Of a DNA stretch of 44,367 bases, positions 21,046-31,500 are shown one piece after another. The stretch's first letter is position 1, and each line of letters begins with the position of its first letter. The notes under the pieces are model-generated. The model saw only the letters and a program-made list of their open reading frames with translations, had not been told where the DNA came from and did no database searches. The DNA lies in assembly GCA_012862495.1 (NCBI GenBank), contig BLSG01000216.1, positions 62,986 through 107,352 of the forward strand, written 5' to 3'. This DNA comes from Thraustochytrium aureum. Lineage: Eukaryota. Position numbers and translations under genes: made by a program.

Positions 21046-24000
21046 ATGGCCGACGAGGCCAAGGTGGCAGAAGGCAAGCTCGCCGACGAGGAGGGAGCGG
21101 AAGTTGACACGGCTGCTTCTACTGCAGCCGATGGAGGGGCGGCGGGGCAAGCCGAGGGGCCTGCCCAGGCGCTGTCGCTGCGGTGGGCGTTCGGAGTGAA
21201 CAAGGCCGCGCCAGGTGCTGTGCACAACTTGTCGGACGACTCGCGCAACGCGATTTTTTACTTTGCTGCCCACACTGGCATTGTCTACGACTACGTCAAC
21301 AGAACGCAAACGCTCCTTCAGGGCCACTGCAACCCAATCACCTGCTGCGCCGTCAGCGCTGACAAGAGATGGATCGCAACAGCAGACTGCGGCGCAGACT
21401 CCATGGTGGTCATCTGGGACTCGTTCACTGGCACGCCGATCAAGACGCTCTTCAACCCGCACGCAGACGGAGTCGTCGCGATCGACATGTCCCCGGACGC
21501 CATGTTCTTGGCAACGCTGAGCAACCCCGTCGACGGCGACCAAGAGGTCGCCGTCTGGGAGTGGACCGTCGACCACGACGGGCCGCTTTACGTTCGCGCT
21601 TGCCCGCGCATAACGCTCAGCGACCCCGAGGAGGAAAATTCGCTCGCAAACAGCAAGAGCAAGACACGGTTCGCCACCGCCGCGTCCGAGGCCAAGACTG
21701 CGGACGCAGACCTCGACGAGGAGGCTAAGCGGGCGGAGGCTGAGGCCCAGTGGGCGCCCTGCCAATTGCAAGTGCGATTCAACACGTTTGATATCCACGA
21801 ACTCGTCACGACCGGCCCGAGCCACGTCACCTTCTGGTCCTGGGCGGCCAAGCGGCTTGAGCACCAAACGCCGACGCAGCTGAGCAAGGGCGACTTTGGG
21901 CCGCGCATCGGCGCCTTCCAGCACACCGCGTTCCTACCCGGAGACCGGAGGGCCGTGTCAGGCACAAGCGAGGGCAACTTGGTGGTATGGGACTGCGCTT
22001 CGCTCTCGGGCAGCGCCGACCTTGCGCTCGGCGCGCTGAGCGCCGACAGGATGACGCTGGAGTCAAAGACCACGCGCCCCACGGCCATGGCGCCACGCGC
22101 TGCCGTCAAAGTTGTCAAGCTCAACCGCCGCGGTGGGATCCCCTACCTCATGATGCTCGAAGACCTCCTCGTGGTCTGCGGAGAGGACGAGAGCGTGCGT
22201 TTCTACGACATGGAGTTTCGCATTGTGGCGTGGTATGAGGACCTCGAGGCTGGCCCGATCAACTCGGTTTCCTTCTCCAACGCAACCGTGTTCCACTACG
22301 TCGATATGCCCACTAACGCAGCGAGCCAGCCCCCGGAGGGCGCCGGTCCGCTGAGCCCCTCGGCCGCGGGGGGGCTCCGGCCCAGGCAAGCAGACCCCGT
22401 CCAAGTACGCGATATCCGACTTTGTCGTTGGGACTACGCGAGCCCTCGTCGTGGGCGTGGACGCCTCGATTTTCGAGTTGGCCTCGGCAGAAGAGCGCCA
22501 CGGCTCCCTCCTTCTTCAGGGCTTTGACGGCCCAATCGCGTGCCTCGCAGCCAACCCGCGCGACAGCGTTCTCGTCGCCATCTCTTCCACAGGAATTGTG
22601 CAAGCTTGGGACTACGAAGACAAGCGCCTTTTGCACGTCCGAGTCCTGGATGCCGGGGACGCGCCGACCTCTGCCGCCTTCTCGCCAGACGGTGGCTTTG
22701 TGGCCGTGGGCCTCACCTCCGGCACCCTCCGCCTCCTCAGGTGGGGCGGGTCGCGCGACCTCGGCGAGCTCGCCTGCTTCCAAGTGCACCACGGCGTGCC
22801 CTACACCAAGCTGAGCTTTTCGCACGACTCGTACTTTCTGGCGGCAGCCGACGGCGACAACTGCGTCGCGCTCTTCCGCTTTGTCCCTTCGGACGTTGAC
22901 GCCAACAGTGCGGGCTTCCAAGGGGTCGAGGCGATGCGAGTCAATCAGGGCAAGCGCAAGAACGAACCGGGCCCCGGTATCGAGCCTTGCGACGGCAGTG
23001 ACTCGCGCAACGGCTGGACCTACCTCGGCCGCCGTGGTTCGCACACCAAGCGCGTTACCAGTATCAACTTTGGCGTCAACTCCGATGGGGCACCGCGGCT
23101 TGTGTCTGTTGGCGCAGACGGCGTGCTCGCAGAGTATGACCTCGATCACAGCTCTGTCGTGGACGGCGTACTGCTGGTCGCCCCAGCGAAGAAAATTGAG
23201 CACGGCGCTTGCTTCCCGACTTGTTGCCTTATCCAAGCAGCCTCGAAAGGGGCGCGCGAGGACCTCGTCATCACAGCAAACAACGAGTTCAAGTTCAAAA
23301 GCTTCAACGCCAACAACCGCGTCTGCAGGCGCACTGCGCTTGGGCCAACCTTCGGAGGGCCACTGACAAACCTCTCTGTGCTTCGAGACCGCGCCTCAGA
23401 GGACTCGCGCCAAGCGCCAAGCTTTCAGTACCTTGCATACTCTGCGGACGAAAAGGTTATCGGGCTCGTCAAGCTCCCCCTGGACGGGAATCCATACAAG
23501 AGCATGGGCCTGATTGCGCATCCAGGCACGATCTCCGGCCTCGTTGTGTCCCACGACGGCCGCTTCCTCATCTCGGCAGGCGGGGACGACATGACCGTCA
23601 ACTTGTGGAGCGTCAACACGTCGGCCCTCGACCAAGCGGGTATTCTCGCCGCAGCGCAGACTGTGCCCGGGGTGCCAAAGGGCCTAATCCCCTACTTGCC
23701 CCTCTTGGACGGCGATGCCGATGGGCCAGGCGAGCTCTTCGAGGAGATTGTGGACTACTTTTACTACGCGCAGCTCCGCTGCCAAGGCGAAGAAACCACC
23801 TCACCGCGCCGGACAGAGGGATATGTTCCGCTTGCCGAGGTCCCCAACCTCATGCGCGCGCTCGGGTTTTATCCGACCGAGCACCAGATCGAGGACATGT
23901 GCTCCGAGATTCGCTACGCGGAGTTTGCCACGACGGCGCGGACGGTGGACGCGGTCAACCTCGAGCAGTTCATCCGCTTGTATATTAACCACCGCCCGGT

Positions 24001-24286
24001 TCTAGGCGTCTCGCAGGATCAGATCGCCCAGGCTTTCGCCAGCATCTCGCTCGATGCCGACGCGGACAGCCCGGACGCTGCACCGTGGAAGTGCGTCAAG
24101 AAGCTTTTGCAGACGCGAGGCGAGGCGATGCCGCCCAAGGAGCTAGAGAGCTGCCTCACCATGCTCATGGGCCACAAGAGCCTTGCAGCGCTCAAGCCGA
24201 CCCACGCCATGAACGCGGCGCGCTTCGCAGGCGACGTTCTGGGCCTGCAGGTCGTCTCGCCCAGGTCCGCATCGCGCCACAAGTAG
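21046..24286 (+). CDS. CFAP251: Cilia- and flagella-associated protein 251 / WDR66 (net +1 frameshift at G7 run ~22368-22374)
   Basis: LSLRWAFGVNK, LLQGHCNPITC..SADKRWIATAD.G.DSMVVIWDS.TGTPIKTLFNPH, CRRTALGPTFGGP, KVIGLVKLPLDGNPYKSMGLIAHP, DYFYYAQLRCQG, MRALGFYP and FIRLYINHRP (WD40 repeats plus a calmodulin-like C-terminus). Confidence 0.93.
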
Positions 24287-24360
24287 TCCAGAATAAAGTA
24301 GATCTCCCCAGCAACCAATGCCCAGCTCTTGCCCGCCCGCATGCACGCTCGCTGGCGCGG

Positions 24361-24402
24361 CTTGCCGCAGGGCTCGCCGCAGGGGCTTGCCGCAGGGCTC
24401 GC
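24361..24402. repeat. Short tandem repeat CTYGCCGCAGGG x3
   Basis: CTTGCCGCAGGG CTCGCCGCAGGGG CTTGCCGCAGGG CTCGC, downstream of the CFAP251 stop. Confidence 0.7.
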
Positions 24403-24556
24403 GAGCTCCTTGCCCGCGGCCCTCGAGCTAGAGAGAGACCAAACCAGCCGCCCGAGCAGCGTTCTTGCGCAGTGAATACAGAGCCACCGCGAGCGTAGAG
24501 GCCGACGGGGCGTTGTTGTTCATCAGCGGTGCTCTTCCGGTGTTCAACAAGCTGGA

Positions 24557-24580
24557 CGATCGATCGATCGATCGATCGAT
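24557..24580. repeat. (CGAT)6 self-complementary microsatellite
   Basis: CGATCGATCGATCGATCGATCGAT upstream of the sulfotransferase. Confidence 0.9.
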
Positions 24581-24738
24581 GGATGATGGCCTGGAGCGCC
24601 GCAGTGTCCGACCAGCCAAGTCGAAACTCGAAAACAAACAACAGCGCGCGAGACGAGCGCAAGGCAAGTGATGAGAGACTCTTCCGAGCTGCTCGAGCCA
24701 GGCGACCCGAAGGGCCCTGTCTGCTCTGGCTTGATGCC

Positions 24739-26055
24739 ATGAGGGCCACGGTGAGGAGGAGGGACGCGCAGATGGCGTGCGCGTTTGCGGCCTTCCTGTG
24801 GCTGCTGGTGTGGTTCAACCTACGAGGCGCACCAGGCATCAGCGAAACCGGCTGGCGCGGACCCGCAGAGCCGCCCGGGTTTGGGTCCGAGAGCGTCGAG
24901 ATCGAAGGGCTCCTCGGCGAGGTGGACGAGCCAGAGCATGAAGATGGCCCGGCGGAGGCCGGAAATCCGGCGGCGGCCTGCGCCTCTACGACGCTGATCC
25001 AGGCCCTCCGCCTCGACCCGTGCTACGTACCCAAAAACCGCGCCAGCCTTCGCAGGTGCAACTGCAGATCTGACTTGCCCATCGCCAACAAGGTGACCTA
25101 CCAAGTGCCGGACGAGCAGCAGACGATGAATCAGAGTGTGGTGGAGCAGCGAGCGATCCTGGTCTTCATTCACGTCAACAAGGCCGGGGGCTCAACCGTG
25201 AAAAAAGACATCCTCTTCCCCTCGGTCCAGCGCAACGGCTGGGACGGGGCAGGATTCGGCATGTTCAAGGCATGGCCTGGTCTTGGCTCGCCTTGGTCGG
25301 GCGGGTCGCCTGCGGTTTGGCGAGGCGGTGCGCAACGTGTAGCTCGCTTTGCGGAGACGCCCCGGGAAGTCACGAGTGAGCCGCTCTACATGCAGTGCGG
25401 CAAGCCCGTCGCACACCCGCCCGCACGCTACGAGGACCTCAACACGGGCGGTGGCTGCCCCTTGCGCGTGATATGGGGGAGCATGAGCATCGGCTTGTGC
25501 CAGCACTTTCCTGGGCGGCCCTGCTTTTACCTCGTCACCCTGCGCGACCCCTTCAAGCGAGCCGTCAGCAACTACAACTATGTTTGCGTCCAAGGGGCGG
25601 AGGGAAGGAAGAAGTGGCGTCAAGAGTGGAAGCAGCGCGGCGAGTGCCCGCTGGACATGCGCCAGTTTTTTGACATCGGGCTTGGGGAGCCTGACTTTTT
25701 GCTCTGGCGCCTGACGCGGGCTTGTGACACTGGCTGCGGAGTGGAGGCTGCAGTGCGCAATCTCCGGCACCCCTGCGTACGATATCTGATCTTGGAAGAG
25801 TTTGACGACGGGCTCCGCCGCCTCCGCGAGCTCCTGGGAGCCCCGTATGATGCGGCTATTCAAGCCCTTCAACGCTCGCGCGGCGTCGTGAACAAGGCAA
25901 GCTACCACGACCGGGTCAAGGCGCAGCTTGCAGACGCTGACTTGGTGGCCGATATTCGGACGAGGCTCAGCAACGACATCGCCATTTATGAGGCGGCACG
26001 GAAGCACTACAAGGACCAATGGGCGCAACCTCTCGCCTCCTGCAACGCATTTTGA
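24739..26055 (+). CDS. Type II membrane (Golgi) carbohydrate sulfotransferase, Sulfotransfer_2-like
   Basis: Short basic N-terminus and TM (MRATVRRRDAQMACAFAAFLWLLVWFNL). PAPS-binding motifs LVFIHVNKAGGSTV (5'-PSB) and LVTLRDPFKRAVSNYNY (3'-PB); C-terminal NDIAIYEAARKHY. Confidence 0.82.
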   Translation: MRATVRRRDAQMACAFAAFLWLLVWFNLRGAPGISETGWRGPAEPPGFGSESVEIEGLLGEVDEPEHEDGPAEAGNPAAACASTTLIQALRLDPCYVPKNRASLRRCNCRSDLPIANKVTYQVPDEQQTMNQSVVEQRAILVFIHVNKAGGSTVKKDILFPSVQRNGWDGAGFGMFKAWPGLGSPWSGGSPAVWRGGAQRVARFAETPREVTSEPLYMQCGKPVAHPPARYEDLNTGGGCPLRVIWGSMSIGLCQHFPGRPCFYLVTLRDPFKRAVSNYNYVCVQGAEGRKKWRQEWKQRGECPLDMRQFFDIGLGEPDFLLWRLTRACDTGCGVEAAVRNLRHPCVRYLILEEFDDGLRRLRELLGAPYDAAIQALQRSRGVVNKASYHDRVKAQLADADLVADIRTRLSNDIAIYEAARKHYKDQWAQPLASCNAF

Positions 26056-26226
26056 CGTTGACGCGGACCAGGAGGTCGCCGGAGTCCGGGCGAATGAAAG
26101 CTGATAGCAGGCGCGGCGTTCCGAGCCACAGCCTGTTTGCAACAAGCTGTCGCCTGCGGCGCGTCCTCGATGCGTCTCGGCTCGCCTGCTCTGAAGCAGG
26201 GAGCTGGGCAAGCGAAGTAAGGCAAC

Positions 26227-26249
26227 GACAAGGACAAGGACAAGGACAA
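26227..26249. repeat. (GACAAG)~4 microsatellite
   Basis: GACAAGGACAAGGACAAGGACAA in the convergent 3' spacer. Confidence 0.8.
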
Positions 26250-26360
26250 AACAAAAAACACTTGCCAAAAAGACGTTGCGTTCGCTGAACCTTACCAAAC
26301 AAAAATAGCGCACGTAGGCGCCTACCATAAGAGCTCGATCAACCGCGCTGGCAGCGCCGT

Positions 26361-28082
26361 CTAGCGCTTTCCTCCGCGCTTCTTGCCCCCCTTCTTCTTG
26401 TTGCTCTTCTTGCTCGCAGAGTCAGCGCCAGGCTCTGCAGGAACAGCCGCGGAGGCTTTGCCGGCGCCGGCTTCAGAGTCAACGAGCCCCGGCGCAGCTG
26501 GTGCAGACGCAGAGTCCGCCACAGCAGCACTAGCTGCTGCAGACGAGGCCGAGCCCGGCCCGCTGGACGAAACGCCCGCCATGCGGTCTTTGATGGCTCG
26601 CTCAAGAGCGATCTCCTCGCGCACATCCCAGAGGGCCAGCAAGCCCTTGTCGCCGCCAGTGGCAAGCATGTAAGGGTCGTTCATGTCAAAGGCAATATCA
26701 AAGAGCGCCCCGGCGGCCATCGCCTTGGAGCCAATGCACGCAGGCCCGTTCGCAGCCTCGAGGTCCCAAAGCCGCACCGACTTGTCCGGCGAACAGGTGG
26801 CAAGGATGCCACTCGCGTGCACATTGAAGGCCATCGAAGAGCACGGCTTCCGNNNNNNNNNNNNNNNNNNNNNNNNNNNNNNNNNNNNNNNNNNNNNNNN
26901 NNNNNNNNNNNNNNNNNNNNNNNNNNNNNNNNNNNNNNNNNNNNNNNNNNNNNNNNNNNNNNNNNNNNNNNNNNNNNNNNNNNNNNNNNNNNNNNNNNNN
27001 NNNNNNNNNNNNNNNNNNNNNNNNNNNNNNNNNNNNNNNNNNNNNNNNNNNNNNNNNNNNNNNNNNNNNNNNNNNNNNNNNNNNNNNNNNNNNNNNNNNN
27101 NNNNNNNNNNNNNNNNNNNNNNNNNNNNNNNNNNNNNNNNNNNNNNNNNNNNNNNNNNNNNNNNNNNNNNNNNNNNNNNNNNNNNNNNNNNNNNNNNNNN
27201 NNNNNNNNNNNNNNNNNNNNNNNNNNNNNNNNNNNNNNNNNNNNNNNNNNNNNNNNNNNNNNNNNNNNNNNNNNNNNNNNNNNNNNNNNNNNNNNNNNNN
27301 NNNNNNNNNNNNNNNNNNNNNNNNNNNNNNNNNNNNNNNNNNNNNNNNNNNNNNNNNNNNNNNNNNNNNNNNNNNNNNNNNNNNNNNNNNNNNNNNNNNN
27401 NNNNNNNNNNNNNNNNNNNNNNNNNNNNNNNNNNNNNNNNNNNNNNNNNNATGTCGTGATGGACGTACAGGTTGGCCTCGTCATCGTCGTAGAGGTACAC
27501 CTCAAGGTTGCTGTACTCTTCGTCGGTGCGCGCCACAACGATCATGCGATCTTTCTCGCGAATCACAAAGTCTTCCTCGTCGGAGCCAAAATCATCGTCG
27601 TCCTCTTCGTCCTCGTCCTCGGCGCCGATTTCTTCGTCTGCTTTCTCCTCCGTATCTTGATCGCCGCCATCGCCCCCGTCTGCCTCCATAGCGTCGTCCT
27701 CTGCGTCGCCATTTTCTTCGTCGTCTTGGTTTTCGTCGTCGTCGTCATCGTCATCGTCGTCATCGTCGTCGTCGCTATCGCGCGCTTTGCCCTTGGAGTG
27801 CTCGGCTGCCATCATTGCGCGGCTCAGAGCGGCTTCCTCGTCGTCGTCCGAGTCCATGCCATCTTCCCAGAGTGCAGCGTCATGTTCCTCGCCATAGTCG
27901 TCCATGCGCAGCTCTGCAGGCAGGCCATGTCGATCAACCTTTGCACTCGCCGCAGCCGCTGCGCTGCGCTCCGCTTTGTCCTTGGCCAGCCTCACGGCCT
28001 CAGCCTCCTCAGCAGACACCTCATACTTGACCGGCCTCTCGCGCGCCGCGCCCCTTGGCACCCAGCACAGCGACGAGATCAT
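26361..28082 (-). CDS. PWP1: Periodic tryptophan protein 1 (WD40, 60S biogenesis); central part in the gap
   Basis: MISSLCWVPRGAA..PVKYE, LPAELRMDDY, an acidic tract, DRMIVVARTDEEYSNLEVYLYD..NLYVHHD, WD40 ILATCSPDKSVRLWDL and LATGGDKGLLALWD, and a basic C-terminus KKSNKKKGGKKRGGKR. Confidence 0.93.
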   Translation of the reverse strand: MISSLCWVPRGAARERPVKYEVSAEEAEAVRLAKDKAERSAAAAASAKVDRHGLPAELRMDDYGEEHDAALWEDGMDSDDDEEAALSRAMMAAEHSKGKARDSDDDDDDDDDDDDDENQDDEENGDAEDDAMEADGGDGGDQDTEEKADEEIGAEDEDEEDDDDFGSDEEDFVIREKDRMIVVARTDEEYSNLEVYLYDDDEANLYVHHDXXXXXXXXXXXXXXXXXXXXXXXXXXXXXXXXXXXXXXXXXXXXXXXXXXXXXXXXXXXXXXXXXXXXXXXXXXXXXXXXXXXXXXXXXXXXXXXXXXXXXXXXXXXXXXXXXXXXXXXXXXXXXXXXXXXXXXXXXXXXXXXXXXXXXXXXXXXXXXXXXXXXXXXXXXXXXXXXXXXXXXXXXXXXXXXXXXXXXXXXRKPCSSMAFNVHASGILATCSPDKSVRLWDLEAANGPACIGSKAMAAGALFDIAFDMNDPYMLATGGDKGLLALWDVREEIALERAIKDRMAGVSSSGPGSASSAAASAAVADSASAPAAPGLVDSEAGAGKASAAVPAEPGADSASKKSNKKKGGKKRGGKR

Positions 28083-28572
28083 AGCTCCTTGGGCCTCGTC
28101 CGAGTCGCTCTCCTCAACGGCTTGCCGGGCGTCGGGCAGGCCTGGCAGATAACAGGCTGCCGCTCCCTGTCCACCTCGTCTGGCCTTGCCTTGGCCGCGC
28201 GGTGCGGTCGAGCGGACGGACGCGACGGAAGCGCGACCTCGGCGTACGCCAGCAGCACCTGCCCAGCAAGACGCAAGCACCTGCTGCCCAGCAAGCCGCA
28301 CGCACCTGGTGCCTTGCAATCCCTGGCAGTGCCTGAGCGCGAGTCTGCAGGCAGGCGTCTGGCTGGTGGCTGGTTGTTGTCGGTCTGCCCGTGCGTGCTT
28401 GCCCAAGCTCGCGCGGGTTTGGTTGGTCCTCATGCTGTTGTCGCAGCGCGTGAAATGCGTTCCGCAGGCGCAAGTGACAGAGAAATAGATGCAAAGGAGG
28501 CGGAGGAGGAGGCCGAGGAGGCGCTGGCGGAGGGCGGAGCGGAGCAGAGCAGAGCAGGAAGCGGAGGAGGCG
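28083..28572. promoter_or_regulatory. Divergent promoter region PWP1/MDN1
   Basis: 490 bp between the head-to-head ATGs (28082 and 28573); purine-rich GGAGG leader before MDN1. Confidence 0.5.
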
Positions 28573-31500
28573 ATGGACGGCGCACGCAGAGCGGAGGGGA
28601 TGGACGAGGACGAGGCGGATGGCGCGGTGGTCGCGAGAGCGCGGGCTGCGGCGCGATGCGGAGGGGCTGGGGTGGATTCTGCGATGGTGGTTCGCGACGC
28701 CGTGGCGTACCTCGTTGCCGGGCGAGCTCGAGGAATGGAGGTCGTCGAGGTCGTGGCGGCGGTGGCCAGACTTGGAAGAGGACGCGAGGATCAGTGCCTG
28801 GAGGCGATGGTGGAGATGGTCAAGGCTGGCGGGGAACGATGCGAGGCGTGCCCGGTTGCGCAGGCCGCGCGGCTGGGCGCCGAGGCCCGCCTTTTGGCCG
28901 CGGAAGCGGTGTGCGGCCTGATGCGACTGTCGTGCGCTGAGCAGTTGAGGGACGCACGCGACTGGTCGGCCGCGTTCGCCTGGCAGCGGACCCAGAGCCC
29001 GAGGTCGGCGCCGCAGGGGCAAGGTGCTTGGCGCTCCTTGTCAACTTGGACGAACGGACAGCGGGTCGNNNNNNNNNNNNNNNNNNNNNNNNNNNNNNNN
29101 NNNNNNNNNNNNNNNNNNNNNNNNNNNNNNNNNNNNNNNNNNNNNNNNNNNNNNNNNNNNNNNNNNNNNNNNNNNNNNNNNNNNNNNNNNNNNNNNNNNN
29201 NNNNNNNNNNNNNNNNNNNNNNNNNNNNNNNNNNNNNNNNNNNNNNNNNNNNNNNNNNNNNNNNNNNNNNNNNNNNNNNNNNNNNNNNNNNNNNNNNNNN
29301 NNNNNNNNNNNNNNNNNNNNNNNNNNNNNNNNNNNNNNNNNNNNNNNNNNNNNNNNNNNNGATTGCTGGCAGCCTCTGGACGGTTGTTGCGCTAGAGCCG
29401 CTGTCTCGGAGCGAGCTTGCCGTCGTCGCGAGCAAGCGGTTCCCAAGACTCGGCTCCGCCGTGGCTGCTCGCATGCTAGACACCTTTTACGCGATCGCGT
29501 TCCCGGAAGCTGAGGCCGAGGCTGTGGCACCACCTGCACAAGCTGCCGACGCCAACTGGAGCTCGAGCAAGAGCCTGCTCAACGAGCACGCCCTGAAATC
29601 CCGCGCCCCGCTCTCGGCGCGGCGCGCCATTCCAGGGCGGACAATTTCCGAGCGTGACTTTTTCAAGTGGCTGCGCCGCGTCGACGCACTCGTCACCTTG
29701 CACTCTGCCGAGCGCGGGGACGCCGGCGCCTTTCTCACCGCTCAAGAGTCCCACGATGTACTGGCAGAAGCGCTCGATTGCTTTGTCGCCGGGATGCCGT
29801 CTGTTGAGAACCGCCTCACGCTAGCGAGGTGGATGGCCACGGCCTGGGGTCTCGCCGAGGAGGCTTTGGAGCACCGTCTGGCCGCCTACAAGCCCAAGGT
29901 TTCCGTCTCGGAGACCGAGCCATCCGTCCGGGTCGGGCGCGTCAGGCTCGACAAGGCGCGCGACTCGCTCCATGGCGAAGCCGGTCCGGAAGCCCCGCAA
30001 GAGGCGCGGGTGGCGCCGTCTGGGGTCAGCATGCGGCTCGTGGAGCAGCTAGCTGCGTGCGTCCGGCTCACCGAGCCGGTCCTCTTGGTGGGCGAAACCG
30101 GCTGCGGCAAGACGTCGATGATCCAGCACCTTGCGGGCCTCCTCAACAAGCGCCTTATCGTCCAAAACATGCACGTCCAAAGTGATAGTACCGAGCTTCT
30201 CGGGGCTACAAACCTGTGCAGCTGCAGCACATCGCGCGCCCACTGTACAACTCTTTCATGCGCTTGTTCTGCGACTTGTTCTCGGAGGGAGCCAACCAAA
30301 AGTTTCTCGTTGCTGTGAAGGAGAGCATGGACAAGTCGCGATGGAAAAAACTCAGCAAAGCGTTCCTGCGCGCCTGCGACATGGCGCGGGCCAAGCTAGC
30401 CAAATTCGACAAGCGCCGAGCCAGCCGTGAGAGCGACGAGGCTCCGCCGTCAAAGTTTCGCCGCACCGACGACGGTCGCACCGAGTCCCCGTCAGCTCGC
30501 CCGAACAGCGGAGATGACGAGTCTCAGGAAACCGAGGAGCAAACCGAGGCGGACCTGCGCCGGCACGCGTTCCTCTCGGCTTCGTGGGAAAGATTTGCGG
30601 CAGACGCCCAGCGATTCGAGGGCCAGCGCAAGCGTGTGGAGACGAGCTTTGCGTTCTCTTTCGAGGAGGGAGCTCTTGTGAAAGCCATCCGCGCAGGGGA
30701 CTGGGTGCTCCTCGACGAGATCAATCTCGCCACAAGCGAGACCCTGGAGCGGCTCAACTCGCTCCTAGACGACCAGCAAGGCACCCTCGCCCTGACTGAA
30801 CGCGGCGACCTGGAGCACGTTGTGCGCCACCCCGAGTTTCGCCTCTTCGCCGCGATGAACCCTGCCACCGACTTTGGGAAGAAAGATATGCCGCCTGCGC
30901 TGCGGAGCAGGTTCACCGAGCTCTATGTGGACGAGCTGGAGACCCGGGGACCTCCAGGCTCGTCGTCGGCTGCTACCTCGACGACATTCCGGACCCCCCG
31001 GTGCGCCAAGTCGTCGACCTGTACCTTGAGTCGCGTTTGCGCGCCAAGGAGCAGGTCATTTTAGATGGGGCGAACCAGCCACCGCGTTATAGCCTCCGGA
31101 CGCTCTGCCGGGCGCTCAGCACGTCGCGGCTCCTTCTGACCCGCGGGTTTGGACTCGCCCGCAGCCTGTTTGAGAGCTTTGCGATGACGTTCGCCACGTT
31201 GCTCAACGAAAAGTCGTACAAAACGATGATCAAAATGCTGCGCGACGCCTTCGTCCCCAAGGCGAGCTCCAAGACGCTCAATGCGCCCCCGAAGTGCCCA
31301 GGCGGTAAGTCGGGCAAAGACAGGTATGTGCTTTGCGACAAGTTTTGGGTCGACAAAGGCCCCCGGCTCCGCCAAGACCCGGCCTCAGTCCTCCCGCACG
31401 CCCGCGACGACCTGGTCGAGTCCCAGCGACGCCACGAGGAACGCGAAGCGAAAAACGTGATCGATAGCTTCGTCGTCACCCCTTCCGTCACGGTCAACGT

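Noticed and set aside
20755..21924. Long antisense or overlapping ORFs (also 8410..9402, 25192..26328, 33930..34961, 42494..43273)
   Set aside because: Expected shadows of GC-rich codon usage opposite real CDSs, with no recognisable motifs.
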